This document shows, in pieces, positions 14,001 to 25,400 of a stretch of 64,000 bases of DNA. The notes below the pieces were generated by a model that searched no databases, was not told where the DNA came from, and worked only from the letters and a program-made list of their open reading frames with translations. Each line of letters begins with the position of its first letter. Positions within the stretch are counted from its first letter, which is position 1. A program made the translations under genes and the position numbers. Origin of the DNA: Leptogorgia sarmentosa (Eukaryota); contig OZ210884.1 of NCBI GenBank assembly GCA_964658305.1, positions 5,394,001-5,458,000 on the forward strand, in the 5' to 3' direction.

Positions 14001-15735
14001 ATTAGCAACAAACTTAATTGATGCTACAGCCCTAATAAAGGAAGAGATGCTCTAAAACCCTTTTAATTTTTTGCAAGGAACTTTAAACAAGATTGTTCCC
14101 GTACAAATAAGGTGGAACATATGCTATTTGGCAATGATCTTGCTGCCAAGGTGCAGCAATTTAGCAATTGGGTTGTTCAAGCTATAACAACAACCACCCG
14201 AGTAACCCAAGCACTTTCAGGCATGAATTTTTTCGGAAAAAATTTTCACATTTAAAACATTTTTTATCCAACCGGGGGAGGGGTCAGTCCCTCAAAGGAA
14301 CCACACCCAACAAAGTGAGGAGACGCGTGCCCATGCACACCCCACTTCTCAATAAGTTGTGCTAGGAACTGAATCACATTTCACTTAAGAGTTGAACCCA
14401 AATTCTAGCGGTTTAATAGCAACAAAACATGATATTATTGGCGCAGGGGACAATCTAGTACCCCAAATTCTCAAACATTTATGCAAATGCAACGAAAGCT
14501 CAAGCACAAATGCAAGCATAAACACAACTTGTGTTACACAAGTACAAATATAAATTAGCAAAATCATATATAACATATAAATTACCAAATCTACTATTCA
14601 ACGTTGCTTCCTAGCGATTTCTGTTGAAATAAATCATACTCTGACTATGATTGATTAGTAATCGCATTGGTGGGTTCTCGTAGAATCAAGGTTTGATTTC
14701 ACTACACAAATTTGTGAAATGTAATCGCTAACGTAATCGACAGTCCAAAGAGGTCGTACTTTCATTTGAACGCTGTTGAAACACTGTTGTATATTTTTCA
14801 TGTAGCGTTTTATGAGCTCTTTATGAACGCAAACTTAGTCATAAATGATAAAGTTGGGACTAAATCATGCGCCAAACTTACCTATGATGTGGCGATAAAT
14901 AACGAAGAGAAGAATCCTTATTAATGCCCCCAACAGCATCGATTTTCCTCGATTTATCCAAAATACCGCCATGACTGCATTTACCAACTCCCACAGGTTT
15001 AGCAACGTCTTGATCACTGTAGTAACCGCTTGTTAGTTTTCTAGTATCCAATAAATTATTTTGACAATCGTCTGAACCAAGTCCAGTGATATGAGAGAAA
15101 CTTGCTGCAGTACAGTCTTTACATGTTCTTTCGTTCGCCCCAGCAACATTGTCATTGTTTATAATCTCAGTTCCCAGAATTGATAATGGGTCATTGTTTC
15201 CAGTTTCAATCCAGTTTGAGTGACTGTAAAAGTCCTGCAAAGTATGAAGTAATCTACCAGCTTCCTTCCTTGCCATTCTGTAGTCAGCTTCGTTATCACC
15301 AGCATTTTCGATCAGAGAAATGACTTTTTTCTTTAAGCGAATCAGGCGTTTTGAACCCGCATCAAACTGTTCAGCGTCGAAATGGGCGGCCGTTTTCGCT
15401 GCCTCTTTGCTGTCTACATCAGCATTCGCGTCCTCAATTTCTGTGACAGCATCTTTGAATTTTGAGGACTTTACCAAACGATAGAGCTTTCTGGATACTT
15501 TGCCTTCAAGTAATTCTTCTGTATTGACGGACGGAAGTTTATCAGCCTTCTTTTGATTCAAGTACTTTGGATTTGCTTTGAGAAACTCAATGACACTACA
15601 CCATAATCCTGATTGTGTGATAGTTTTGTGACTAATAGAAGACCAAGCTCCACTCACAGCTGTCAAACGTTTTCTTGGAATGAATGCAGTGGAAAGACCA
15701 ACGATCATCAAGAAAACATATAACTGCAATTTCAT
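8019..15735 (-). CDS. VWA7: VWA7-like protein, copy A (signal peptide, HET-C-like domain, vWA, beta-rich region, S/T stalk, TM); 8 exons; frameshifted in exon 4 as assembled
   Basis: Exons: 15735-14882 (MKLQLYVFLMIVGLSTAF...HTLQDFYSHSNW...KCSHGG...GGINKD), 13624-13467 (FAIDTTGSMS MIDAS), 12665-12561 (YVLVPFNDP), 11392-10824 (GGGDCPEL...FSDA), 9725-9498, 9314-8731, 8587-8479, 8140-8019 (LYGIILIVAAGVFILLSVVATVVLVRRRQRSFSSV*). All introns GT-AG with compatible phases. Exon 4 is 569 nt versus 567 nt in the paralog, giving a premature TAA at 10926-10928. Confidence 0.88.
9752..10505. repeat. Two palindromic MITE-like repeats with a GAGTGAGCGCAGCGAACGAG centre; a related inverted copy lies at ~54300-54412
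   Basis: 9780-9880: GATATGGATTTTATGTTC...GAACATAAAATCCATATC. 10350-10505 has the same central motif. Confidence 0.7.
12285..12535 (+). repeat. Dispersed repeat; further copies at ~6066-6360 (diverged) and ~16222-16473, same orientation
   Basis: Shared blocks GTAGAATCATACT.GTATACTATTGC and CTCTCGATTTCTACGAGATGATAGTTGATTCGGGCTTCGCCCTC. Confidence 0.75.
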
Positions 15736-15798
15736 TTTAAGCCCTGTTTCTTGGTGCACTCTGGTGACGATATTTGTGCTGCGCAGCTGCAAATCTTG

Positions 15799-15809
15799 AT
15801 ATATATAAA
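15799..15809 (-). promoter_or_regulatory. Candidate TATA box of VWA7-like copy A
   Basis: TTTATATATAT on the minus strand about 65 nt upstream of the ATG at 15735. Confidence 0.3.
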
Positions 15810-16876
15810 GGGATAGGTTCCTAGGCAACCTAAACATCATAGGCAACGGACGTCATAGCTTGAAAGCCGGAAAGATAATTGACACTCTGCCGGATAAAGC
15901 AAATCCGATCACTTGAGCTATAAACTGTAGACATAAACCTTCTAGACTTGAGGATTGAGGTTGAGAATCAATTTTATCATTATACATCATATTATACGTC
16001 ATAAATTAAACACGTTCTCTGACCAATTATACATTTCTCATCATGTACATATAATCCTGGCCGCGCTTCTTCAATTTTTTCACGTCATCTAAAGCTCATG
16101 TTGTTTTTTAAAAATTAAGTAAACTTGGCAAAGCAAAGTTTAGTAAACATTTCCCACAAGTTAGTTAATATAAAATTAGTAACTTATTTAATAGTAATTT
16201 TGAACATTTCTAAGCATTGTTAGTAGAATCATACTCGTATACTATTGCAAATGCTGCAATTTGATTGGCTACTCTACTCGCTATCTATTCCTCGATAGAT
16301 AGCGAGTAGCAAAATATGTGAATTTTCGTTAAAGAAAATGTCTTCTGAGACGCGGTTTTAAATTATTTTTTGCAATATTTTCATGTTTGATCTCTGATTC
16401 TACCAAAACAATTAGATTACTCGCTCTCGATTTCTACGAGATGATAGTTGATTCGGGCTTCGCCCTCAACAACTTGCCTCAGGAACGACAGGCCAGGGAT
16501 GGGAATTATGGAACACTGGAATTATGGATAGAGTAGTTGCTGGAGAATGTTTCCCATAATAGTATGTCATGTTCAACCAACTTGCAACAAGTTGTAACAA
16601 GGTGATGCTATTTTACGTTTCTTGGAGTGTCTCATGGATGAATGCTAAATTCTTCATCACTGTTAATAAAATATGTAATCATAATTATACGTGAACCGTT
16701 GTCTTGAACTTGGTGGCTAAAATAAAGATGATACAAAATCTTTTTTTATTTGTGTGAAAACACTTTATAGCATCTTATATATCGCCTGTAAACGCTCCAC
16801 ACTACATACAAATCGTGAGACAATCCAACATAATGTCTTTAATTACTGTTGCTGTTTTTATTTATATCTTTTAAAG

Positions 16877-19800
16877 GTGTTGGTCCAGTGTTAATAACAA
16901 GTGATCCTGAAGTGGCAAAACAGAGAGTAAATGCTCTCACAGCCTACGGTGGTGGTGATTGTCCAGAATTGGGGTTGAGTGGTCTTTATTTAGCTCTACT
17001 TAACAGTTTACCCAATTCTAATGTGTATTATTTCAGTGATGCTGCTGTCAAAGATGCACATTTAATATTCTCTGTATTGGCAATTGCATTTCAAAGGCGG
17101 AGTAGAATTTACATTTTGCTCAGCGGCAGTTGTGCTCGCCGTAGACGAAGAAGTCTGACAGAACGACAAGTGTACGAAAAACTGGCCAGCGCAACTGGTG
17201 GTCAGCTCATAGCATATTCAAAATCCAACATTGACGAAGCGATTAAGCTTGTTCGTCAAGCAAATGTTACAGACGGAAATTCGTCGTTGTTAGAGGAAGT
17301 CTCGCTGCTTTCTGTTGAAAACACGACTAATGGCGTCGTAATAACGAAATCTTACGTTGTTCAAAGTGATTCTACCATTGCTTCTATCACCGCTGTGCTA
17401 AGTGATGGAGGAAATGCCAATATTCAAGTTGGTCCACCTCAAGGTACAGTGATTTGAAAAACGTGTTCCATGATTGTAGGTATGAGGGTTCAAGTAAAAT
17501 GAAAATTACACTAAAGGTTGAGTATTCATGATGGGAGTACTCTTGATCGCTCCATTCCCCCCAGCCAAATGTCAGAGCTCCACCGGCATCGCTCAGGCAC
17601 AGGATCAATTTCTGACGAAGAACCTATCCAGGTGATCTCAATACACGGAAAAGGACTGGAACTAGCTGTCAGATAGAAATCTATTTTTCGATTGAAACAA
17701 CGGAATATCTCCCATAATATACTTTATTTCGATTCCATAATTTTGTCAGAGCTATAGTTCTCATAACCAAACATTATTACCAAATTCCAACTAGAGTTTT
17801 ATACAGAATAACGAAAGATATAATCGAGTGAATATAGCAAAATGGATTTCTATTTGGACAACCTTTTCTGAGCGCTGATTGGTTAAAACACGAACACGAG
17901 ATTACCTGGATATTTAACGAATTTTTCTCATATAAACCCTACAGAAAATTTTCCACACCGGTCGTGAAGCATCATAATAACCACCTTGATCAGATTAAAA
18001 ACGAGACAGACTTCGTGCAAAATAAATGTAATACAAACTTATCTTTTATAGATGGCAACGGAACAATAAGTATTATATCAGAAACATCAACTATTTACGC
18101 TGTTCGTATCATTGCGCCTACGACTGGTGTATGGAATTTTACCATAACTGCATTTGGGTCATTCACATTCCAAGTCACAGCACGAAGTTCTTTGGCTTTT
18201 ACAACATCTCTTGAAAAAGAACAATTTTCTAATGCGTTTGAAAAAATTCTTGTTCCCATATCAGGAAACCCAATAAAAGGTATAGAACTTTTGGCTTTGA
18301 TAATCACGAATGCTTTCCTGGCATATAAGATTTTATTATTGACAAGAGTAGCGACTTTTTCGTTGTGCGAAAATTTTTTACAAAACAGTATGCGTTCCCA
18401 AAACCAATAACAATTTTGAATGTAAATTTTTGTATTGACCAATGAGAGTTTCTAATGAATTTTCAAGGAATGACCGTGTACGTGACAATCGAACCAACAG
18501 AAGATATTCTACAATCTAACAGAAACCTTACAGGATACCTCATTGACGCGGCAGGAAACCGTTTGAAGAGTTTCGAACTAGAGCAGGGACTTGATTTCTA
18601 TAATAATTCCTATTATGGTTCAATTGAACTAAATTATGATGCATTTAAAATAATGTATGTTGGCTATAGCAAGGACGGACAAACAATTCAGCGGCTAAAT
18701 CCTCCAGTGATCAGACCACAAGAATTTGAAGTTGAAGTAGCCGTACAGAACAGCAGTTTCAGCTTAACACCAAACGAAACAACGTCTATTATTGTCGTTC
18801 TGAGAAACTATGGCTCGAATAACACTTTCGCAATTCAGGTGTCCGATGATAAATCTTTCGTTGCTTCGCATTTCCCCACGACTGCCACTGTGGCAACCAA
18901 TGATACAGTGGATATACAAATCAATTTCCTTCCTCCAGCAAATACAAATGATAGTACAACCACATCAGTATCGGTTTCAGCATCAATCCAATCTGCTTCA
19001 ACCGTTGATCTTGCAAATTTCATCTCGTTTGAAGCTTCTGTTTTCTCAAAGGTAAAGAGAATTAATGTATTTTGTACTGATCATTTTGACGAATCGTCAA
19101 TATCCTATTCCTACAGAAAAAAAACAGAGAAAACACTAGACCTATTAAATGAAATGAATCATGGTGTAAAAATGAGCGATAACAGACACATGCTACCTAC
19201 CGTGTAACAAAAACAAAATTTAATTAGGAGAAACAATTTGTGGTTATCACCATGTGTAGTTTAACGATCTATAAGCTTTCGGAATTTTTAGCTGCATGTA
19301 TGAGTCTATTCTTGCCAACATTTCCCGACATTTTCTACTGTTCTCATGCAGGAGTTTCTTTTTATCAACGAGTCTGAAGTCACTTCAAAGCTTAACATAT
19401 CAAGTCAGCTTGCTCTTCCGTCGAGCACTGCTGAGCCTGATACCACACCTCCGTCGAGCACTGCTGGGCCTGATGCCACACCTCATACTACAACTACACA
19501 AAGTGATGATGAATCAGGTAAAAAGAGAACACTATACACAAGTAATTCCTGTCAAATGTTGCCAGTTGATTTTTTACAGAATTCTCGAAGAGAGGATCAC
19601 AATGGGCGAAACTCCTTTGTTTCACAGCAACTTCACGTATTTGTGAATTTCATCTCGTATCCCAAAATAGTTTTGCCTTTCAATGTTTGCATGGTGAAGA
19701 AAATGTTTAAAAAGTTTGTAGTTTACAATACACCACCTAATTTTATTATCGCAAAATTAATAATAAAATCACGTGATGTAAATAAAATTACGTGGTGTAA

Positions 19801-20098
19801 ACTACAAACTTTATAAATAGATTGCTAAACTAAAATGACGCAGTTATAGTTATTATGGGGGGGGGGGGGGGGGCACGACTTCACTTAGCTATTTTTAATG
19901 TCATCACACATTTTTCCTGTATTTTTGCAGATATTAACTTTTACCTGTAAATATTCTTTCTCATTAATATCAATTGATATTTTCCTTACAGATGATGAAT
20001 TTCCAGTTTATGGTATAATACTAATTGTCGTTGGTATTGCCTTACTCCTCGTTGGCGTTGTAGCAGCTGCTGTTATTGCTTGTGCCTACGGATGCTAA
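16877..20098 (+). CDS. VWA7-like copy B: inverted duplicate of exons 4-8 only, open frame, no 5' exons visible in the window (orphan 3' cassette or partial gene)
   Basis: Exons 16877-17443, 18052-18279, 18468-19051, 19352-19517, 19992-20098 (DDEFPVYGIILIVVGIALLLVGVVAAAVIACAYGC*). Same splice positions as copy A (exon 5 is 228 nt and exon 6 is 584 nt in both), intact AG/GT sites, no stops. Confidence 0.8.
17627..17910. mobile_element. TA-flanked MITE in an intron of VWA7 copy B (partial second copy at ~13041-13115)
   Basis: TIR TCCAGGTGATCTC...GAGATTACCTGGA with TA on both flanks. Confidence 0.7.
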
Positions 20099-20965
20099 GA
20101 TGAAGTACATAACTAGCTGTCCTTTATGTCAAGTATATCAGTAAAATAACACGATACATCTGAACATCAGTTAATTAGTTTAGAAAAAACATATATGCCC
20201 CATATCTCGCACAATTAATTTAAACTAAAAATAGCTGCAATCAGTTCCAGTAGAAAGGCTTGTGCTCCGATTTATGTTTTCCATTTAAGGATTTTCACGA
20301 AGTTATACTTTTAAAACAATTATATACCACTCACTTTCATCGTCCATTCTTTCGTCCATTTCTTGTTTTCTTTTTATATTTATAACAACAATTACGATTA
20401 GTTTCATTAATTCATCAATGTAAATCATAATATTATATGATTTTTAACTTTAATTATATTTTTAAAAAGTATTTGAATAACTTTGTCGAAATTCGATAAT
20501 ATATTTCCAAGGGTACTTCAGGAACCTAGGAACTGGAAAGCCAAAGGGGCTATCGCCCTCCAACGTTCAGCTTGAAGGGGCCTTCATAAATTTGGCGACT
20601 ATTGTATGATCATTATAAGGTTATGTTGCATAACAATAACAATCCTCTATTCATACACCTGAACAAGCCCACCCAAAACGTAGCCACCAAGGGCCTGGGG
20701 ACTATTTTGGCAAGTTTGTTACCTATGATCCAAACGGGTGCAAGAACAGCAATTTCAAAAACTTATGATTTTCGGTGATACCCCCCCCCCCCCCTACACA
20801 AACATAAATATCACATTACTAGGAGCATTGTTAAATAATCAATAATGATTTTATTACTTCGAGCATTACTAGGAGCATTGGAAGACCATATTATTTTAAT
20901 ACTTAATCATTAAAAGTTACAGTACTAGTGCAGCTGTACCAGCTCATCATTATGAAAAACTGAAT

Positions 20966-21183
20966 TCAGAAATCCTTAGGAACAGAGACAGCAACCGCGA
21001 TACTTTCAATGGATAATTCATCTGTACCACGCCGGATCCTGAAATATCCAGCCTCACCCCAACTGACACCCCAACTGTTCTTCACAATCCAATACTTCAT
21101 GCCAGATTTTTCGTCCATGCCGTAGCCCACGATAAGCACAACGTGGTTGGTGATCTCAAATGGATTGAATTTATCTTTTAAAC
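20966..21183 (-). CDS. CTSC: Duplicated alternative terminal exon (5b) of cathepsin C
   Basis: 218-nt near-identical copy of exon 5a with an intact ttttacag acceptor, the same phase and an open frame: [22 protein letters not shown]...KNSWG...[20 protein letters not shown]. Confidence 0.8.
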
Positions 21184-21423
21184 CTGTAAAAGTTGAAAAT
21201 GCCGTACTAATCATAACACTACATCCACTGAAAACAATTTTTCTTTTTCTTATGCACTGTTTAAGCTAAACGCCTTTGGTACAACTGACCCGAGAAGTAT
21301 AATACAGCTCATTATGTACTCATGTCACGGTGGGTTTATCAAAAAATATGGTTCTTGTTTGGTCGCTTGTGCATTGCATTTTTACCAATAGTTTGTTTCA
21401 GTCACAGAAGTTGAGTTCGAACA

Positions 21424-21533
21424 TAGCCTCCTCCGCGGACAACTCTAGGGGGTTAAGCCCGCGCATGGGTGGTTCGCTACGATTTAATTTTCCCCGCCCC
21501 ACCCATTCGCGGGCTAAACCCCCTAGAGATAGC
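21424..21533. mobile_element. Small GC-rich hairpin insertion with a possible 8-bp TSD
   Basis: Stem CTCTAGGGGGTTAAGCCCGCGCATGGGTGG / CCACCCATTCGCGGGCTAAACCCCTAGAG (21443-21526), flanked by TCGAACAT on both sides. Confidence 0.55.
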
Positions 21534-21940
21534 TCGAACATTCTTGCAGCTATTGTTTGTTTACAGGAAAACACAATGCACTCGTGACATGCATGACAGC
21601 TAGGAATGTTTTAGTATAAACGAAGACAATAACATGGATAATGCGTTGCTTTGTAGACTCTAAGAGTGGAGTGAAGAAGAAATGCATTGTGCGGAAAGAG
21701 TCCCAAACAATGAATTTTCAAAAATAGAAAGCTTAGAGGAAAATTAATAATTTTGTGGAGAATCATGTACAAAACAAGTACTAGTTTAGTTTTCCCTGCA
21801 ACTCAAAAAACTATTAATTATCAGACTGTGTGTTTGTTTGCACACGAGTAGGCTTTATTTCCTGTCAGCCACTATAATTTTCTTTCAAGACGACAAAATA
21901 CGGCATCTGCGTATCTGCTCAAGATTATCGTAATTGATTG

Positions 21941-22053
21941 TCCAAACCCTAACCCCTCACCTAACTCCTCCCCTAAAACTTCACCCTCACCCTAACCCCT
22001 CACCCTAACTCCTCACCCTAACTCCTCACCCTAACCCCCACACCTTAACTCCC
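21941..22053 (+). repeat. Telomere-like C-rich minisatellite, ~13-bp unit CCCTAAC(C/T)CCTCA
   Basis: Repeated CCCTAA/CCCTCA hexamers. Confidence 0.8.
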
Positions 22054-22485
22054 AAAGCTCAAATTCGTATTTTGAATGATGGAATGAGAGAGAAACAAAC
22101 TGCTTCCCAGTGGGTAGAGATAAAATAACAACGGTTCAATACTGGAGAGATCTTCGTAGCTAATATATTTGACGACGGGCTTTGTTTAAATTACATTCAG
22201 TTATATATAACTAATTTTGAATTTATTTTATGATAAACACCAATTACAAATAATCATATAAACACCAGAAGAGCACAATCTCTACAGTTTCGAAACTCAC
22301 ATTTCTGTCATTTAGACTTATTTTTTCGGAAACGTATTCGTCTTATTGCTATTGTTTACCGCCTAGGCATACTATACATTAACACTTAGGCAAAATTTTA
22401 AATCAAAGTTAAATCTGGAAACATTATTTTAAAATCATCACGAGAAGTTACAGCACAGCTCATCGATTTTCATGATATATTGAAC

Positions 22486-25400
22486 TCAGAAATCTTTAGG
22501 TACAGAGACAGCAACCGCGATACTTTCAATGGATAACTCATTTGTACCACGTCGGATCCTGAAATATCCAGCCTCACCCCAACTGACACCCCAACTGTTC
22601 TTCACAATCCAGTACTTCATGCCAGATTTTTCGTCCATGCCGTAGCCCACGACAAGCACAGCGTGGTTGGTAATTTCAAACGGATTGAACTTATCTTTCA
22701 AACCTGCAAAAAATTGGAAATACCGTACTAACAGGTTGATCCATTAAAAATGCAATGGCAATCTTTGTAAAGTGTTAAAAAATTATTCAAAAATATTGTT
22801 TAAAAATATAGACATTACCGTAAATGCTTGATTTAGCACATTAAATTCAGTTTGACGCCATTTTGAAAGGCCATATTGGAAGTGGCGATTATTAAAAATG
22901 GTCGACACGATGCTCATACGAAAAGTTTTTGTAAATTCTCTCAAATATTGGAAAAACAATGTGAAATCATCTCCAAAAATTTGAAATAAACCTGCTTGCG
23001 CTTCCAAAGGAACTGTATACGGCACTGAATAGATGGATATTTTTGTTGGATGTTTTTCGTTTTTGAATTCGAGAGTAGAGTTGAATAGCTAAGTTTTATT
23101 AACAATTTTCATTTATGCTAAAAATGACAAAAATGTTGAAAATAGAAATGATGGGGTGTGAACAGGCCCAACAATTTAAAATGTCTTACCTGGGTTAACA
23201 TATATACCACCTTTGTAGTGGAAAAAGTCACTCGTGACTTCGAAACTGACAGCAAATGGACCATTTTGTACGAGCTCCAACCGCATTAATGGTTCATTGC
23301 AGGCTCCATAAAATCCACCGATGTAGTGATAGTCATTGTTACCATAGTGACGTTTGCATGAAGACGACTCCGTACATTGGGTATCTCTTCCCTTATAGGG
23401 ATAACAAGACTCTTCCACCAATCCAAAGTCAGTGCCATACTTGCTGATTAAATACGGAAAACCTTGAACAAAAATATTTAAATTAATGTAAACTTTTTCA
23501 CTGTTGATTTTAGACCTACAACTGCAGTTATTGTGATTCCGGTTTTATACAAATTCCGTCGGGGGACGTGAATATATTTGAATTATAGAATATTGGGATA
23601 TTTATTTTCAATGGTTACTATGTTCAATTTTCCCAATGCTCTGGGTCATGACAATAAGCATGACACCCACCAGTCAATTGGCTGGTTACCCTACCCGACA
23701 CTGCTGCTGAGAAAGTATCGAGCCCAGCTGACGAGCTGATTACATGAAGAAATTTCAGCCCGAGCTGAGATTTCAGCCAGGGTGTTGACATATTGAAAAG
23801 AGAAGAATAATTTAAATAAGAAAGACGAAGTCTGTATTAACATATTATGAGCATTTGCTGTTGAAATTACAGTATATTCCTCTTTTCTATACGTGAAATT
23901 TCTCCACGTACGTAATCAGCCCAGAGTCTGACCGAGATCATGTAACAGCCAACGCTCATGAACAAGTCTGTCGGTTGAACCAGGTTTTAAAAATATAACG
24001 CGCTTTACCTCCTTCACAACCTTGAGAATATTCTGAACAGCTGACAATGTCTTGAGTGGACAAAATGTAACCGGTTGAAAGGTTAGACTTAATACGAGAG
24101 CGGGCTTCGAACATTGCCATAGTGCCAAATGCATAACAGCTGCCACATTGTCCCTGATCTCGTATAGGACTCACGTAATTTACACCGTTCACATTTCGCC
24201 AGTCAAAGGATGATGGTAGTTCTCCTGAAGCCAAAAGTTCTTCCGTTGTCGCAGGTCTACACAAGAAACAGTATAGAGGTTTTACGGTATCATCACGGTT
24301 TTTATGTGTTTCTGCACTTTTCTGTTTTTCTGGGAACTTTTCCTGAATTTCGACGTTGTTATGTGCTACCTACTCTACACTGGACGCATATTACACTGAC
24401 ATTATATTTAAAATTATTATTTCTAGAATTAAAGAACTATGTGTTCAGACTATAGAACTTTATCATTATTTAGTCTGAGAGTTTTTAAAATATGACAAGC
24501 ATTTCTTACTTTGGTGGAGGTGAGTTGAAAGTCTTTGGTCCTCCTCCTCTGGCTATCATCTCTCTCAATGATAATTTTTCGTATTCTGGATAGGCAGTGG
24601 GAATCCATGAATTTTGTTTCTCTGTAATGGAGGCTAGAAAGTCTTCGTTTGGTTTGTATCGCCTGTCATAGATTGAGGAGCTCAGTAATGGTGCACTGCT
24701 GATCTTGGGAGCTGGAATAGAGTTCTCTTTTTTCCCTATAAATAGCAAGGAATAACTCCTTTCAATGTCCAATGTCCAAAACAATGAATCCTCACTCTAA
24801 ACAAGCACAATTTAATTAGCAACCAAATTGTTCCCGCTACTGAATGTCTCTGTAGAGATATCAATCATTTTGTCAACTTGAACTTTCTCGCCTCTTCGGT
24901 TTCAATAGGTTGTTTGCAATGGCGTAAATCTGGAATTTCAGTTGACGGGCAAGTAGGATGAAAATCGATCCATTGGAGACACTTTAAGATTTAGAGACAT
25001 TTTAAGTCTTAGGTAGATGTGTTAACCTCATTTTATCTTGCTACAAGCCACTTGAATACTGAGAAAAATCGTGTACAAGTTGTTCAATTGCCCGTCATTT
25101 GGGCAAAAAGTCACGTGATTGCAAACAAGCAATAGAAATTAGTTGAGTTTGATACTAGCAAGGGCACCTCTAACGAAGAAACCTCTTTCCCAGGGCCTCC
25201 GGGTTCACCCGGGTTGGGCCCCTAGCAGTTAAGCCACTTATTTTATGTTGATTGTTGACTTCATGTCTTTGAAAGTTGAAACATGTGCTCTCCTTTATTA
25301 TGATGATACACATCATCCAGGCAAACTTGGACATTATGTGCAACCATAAAGACACACAACATGTTATGTCACCCACGGGGGCGGATCTAGCTAGGGTTAC

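Noticed and set aside
15736..15846. N-terminal ORF extensions in the track (VWA7 from 15846; GPCRs from 48689, 51728, 60547; TenA from 56731)
   Set aside because: They use non-ATG starts or run through splice acceptors; signal peptides and paralog alignment point to the starts given in the features.
12285..16473. Repeat pair at ~12285 and ~16222 as recombination sites for inverting VWA7 exons 1-3
   Set aside because: They are in direct orientation (recombination would delete, not invert) and belong to a dispersed family with another copy at ~6066.
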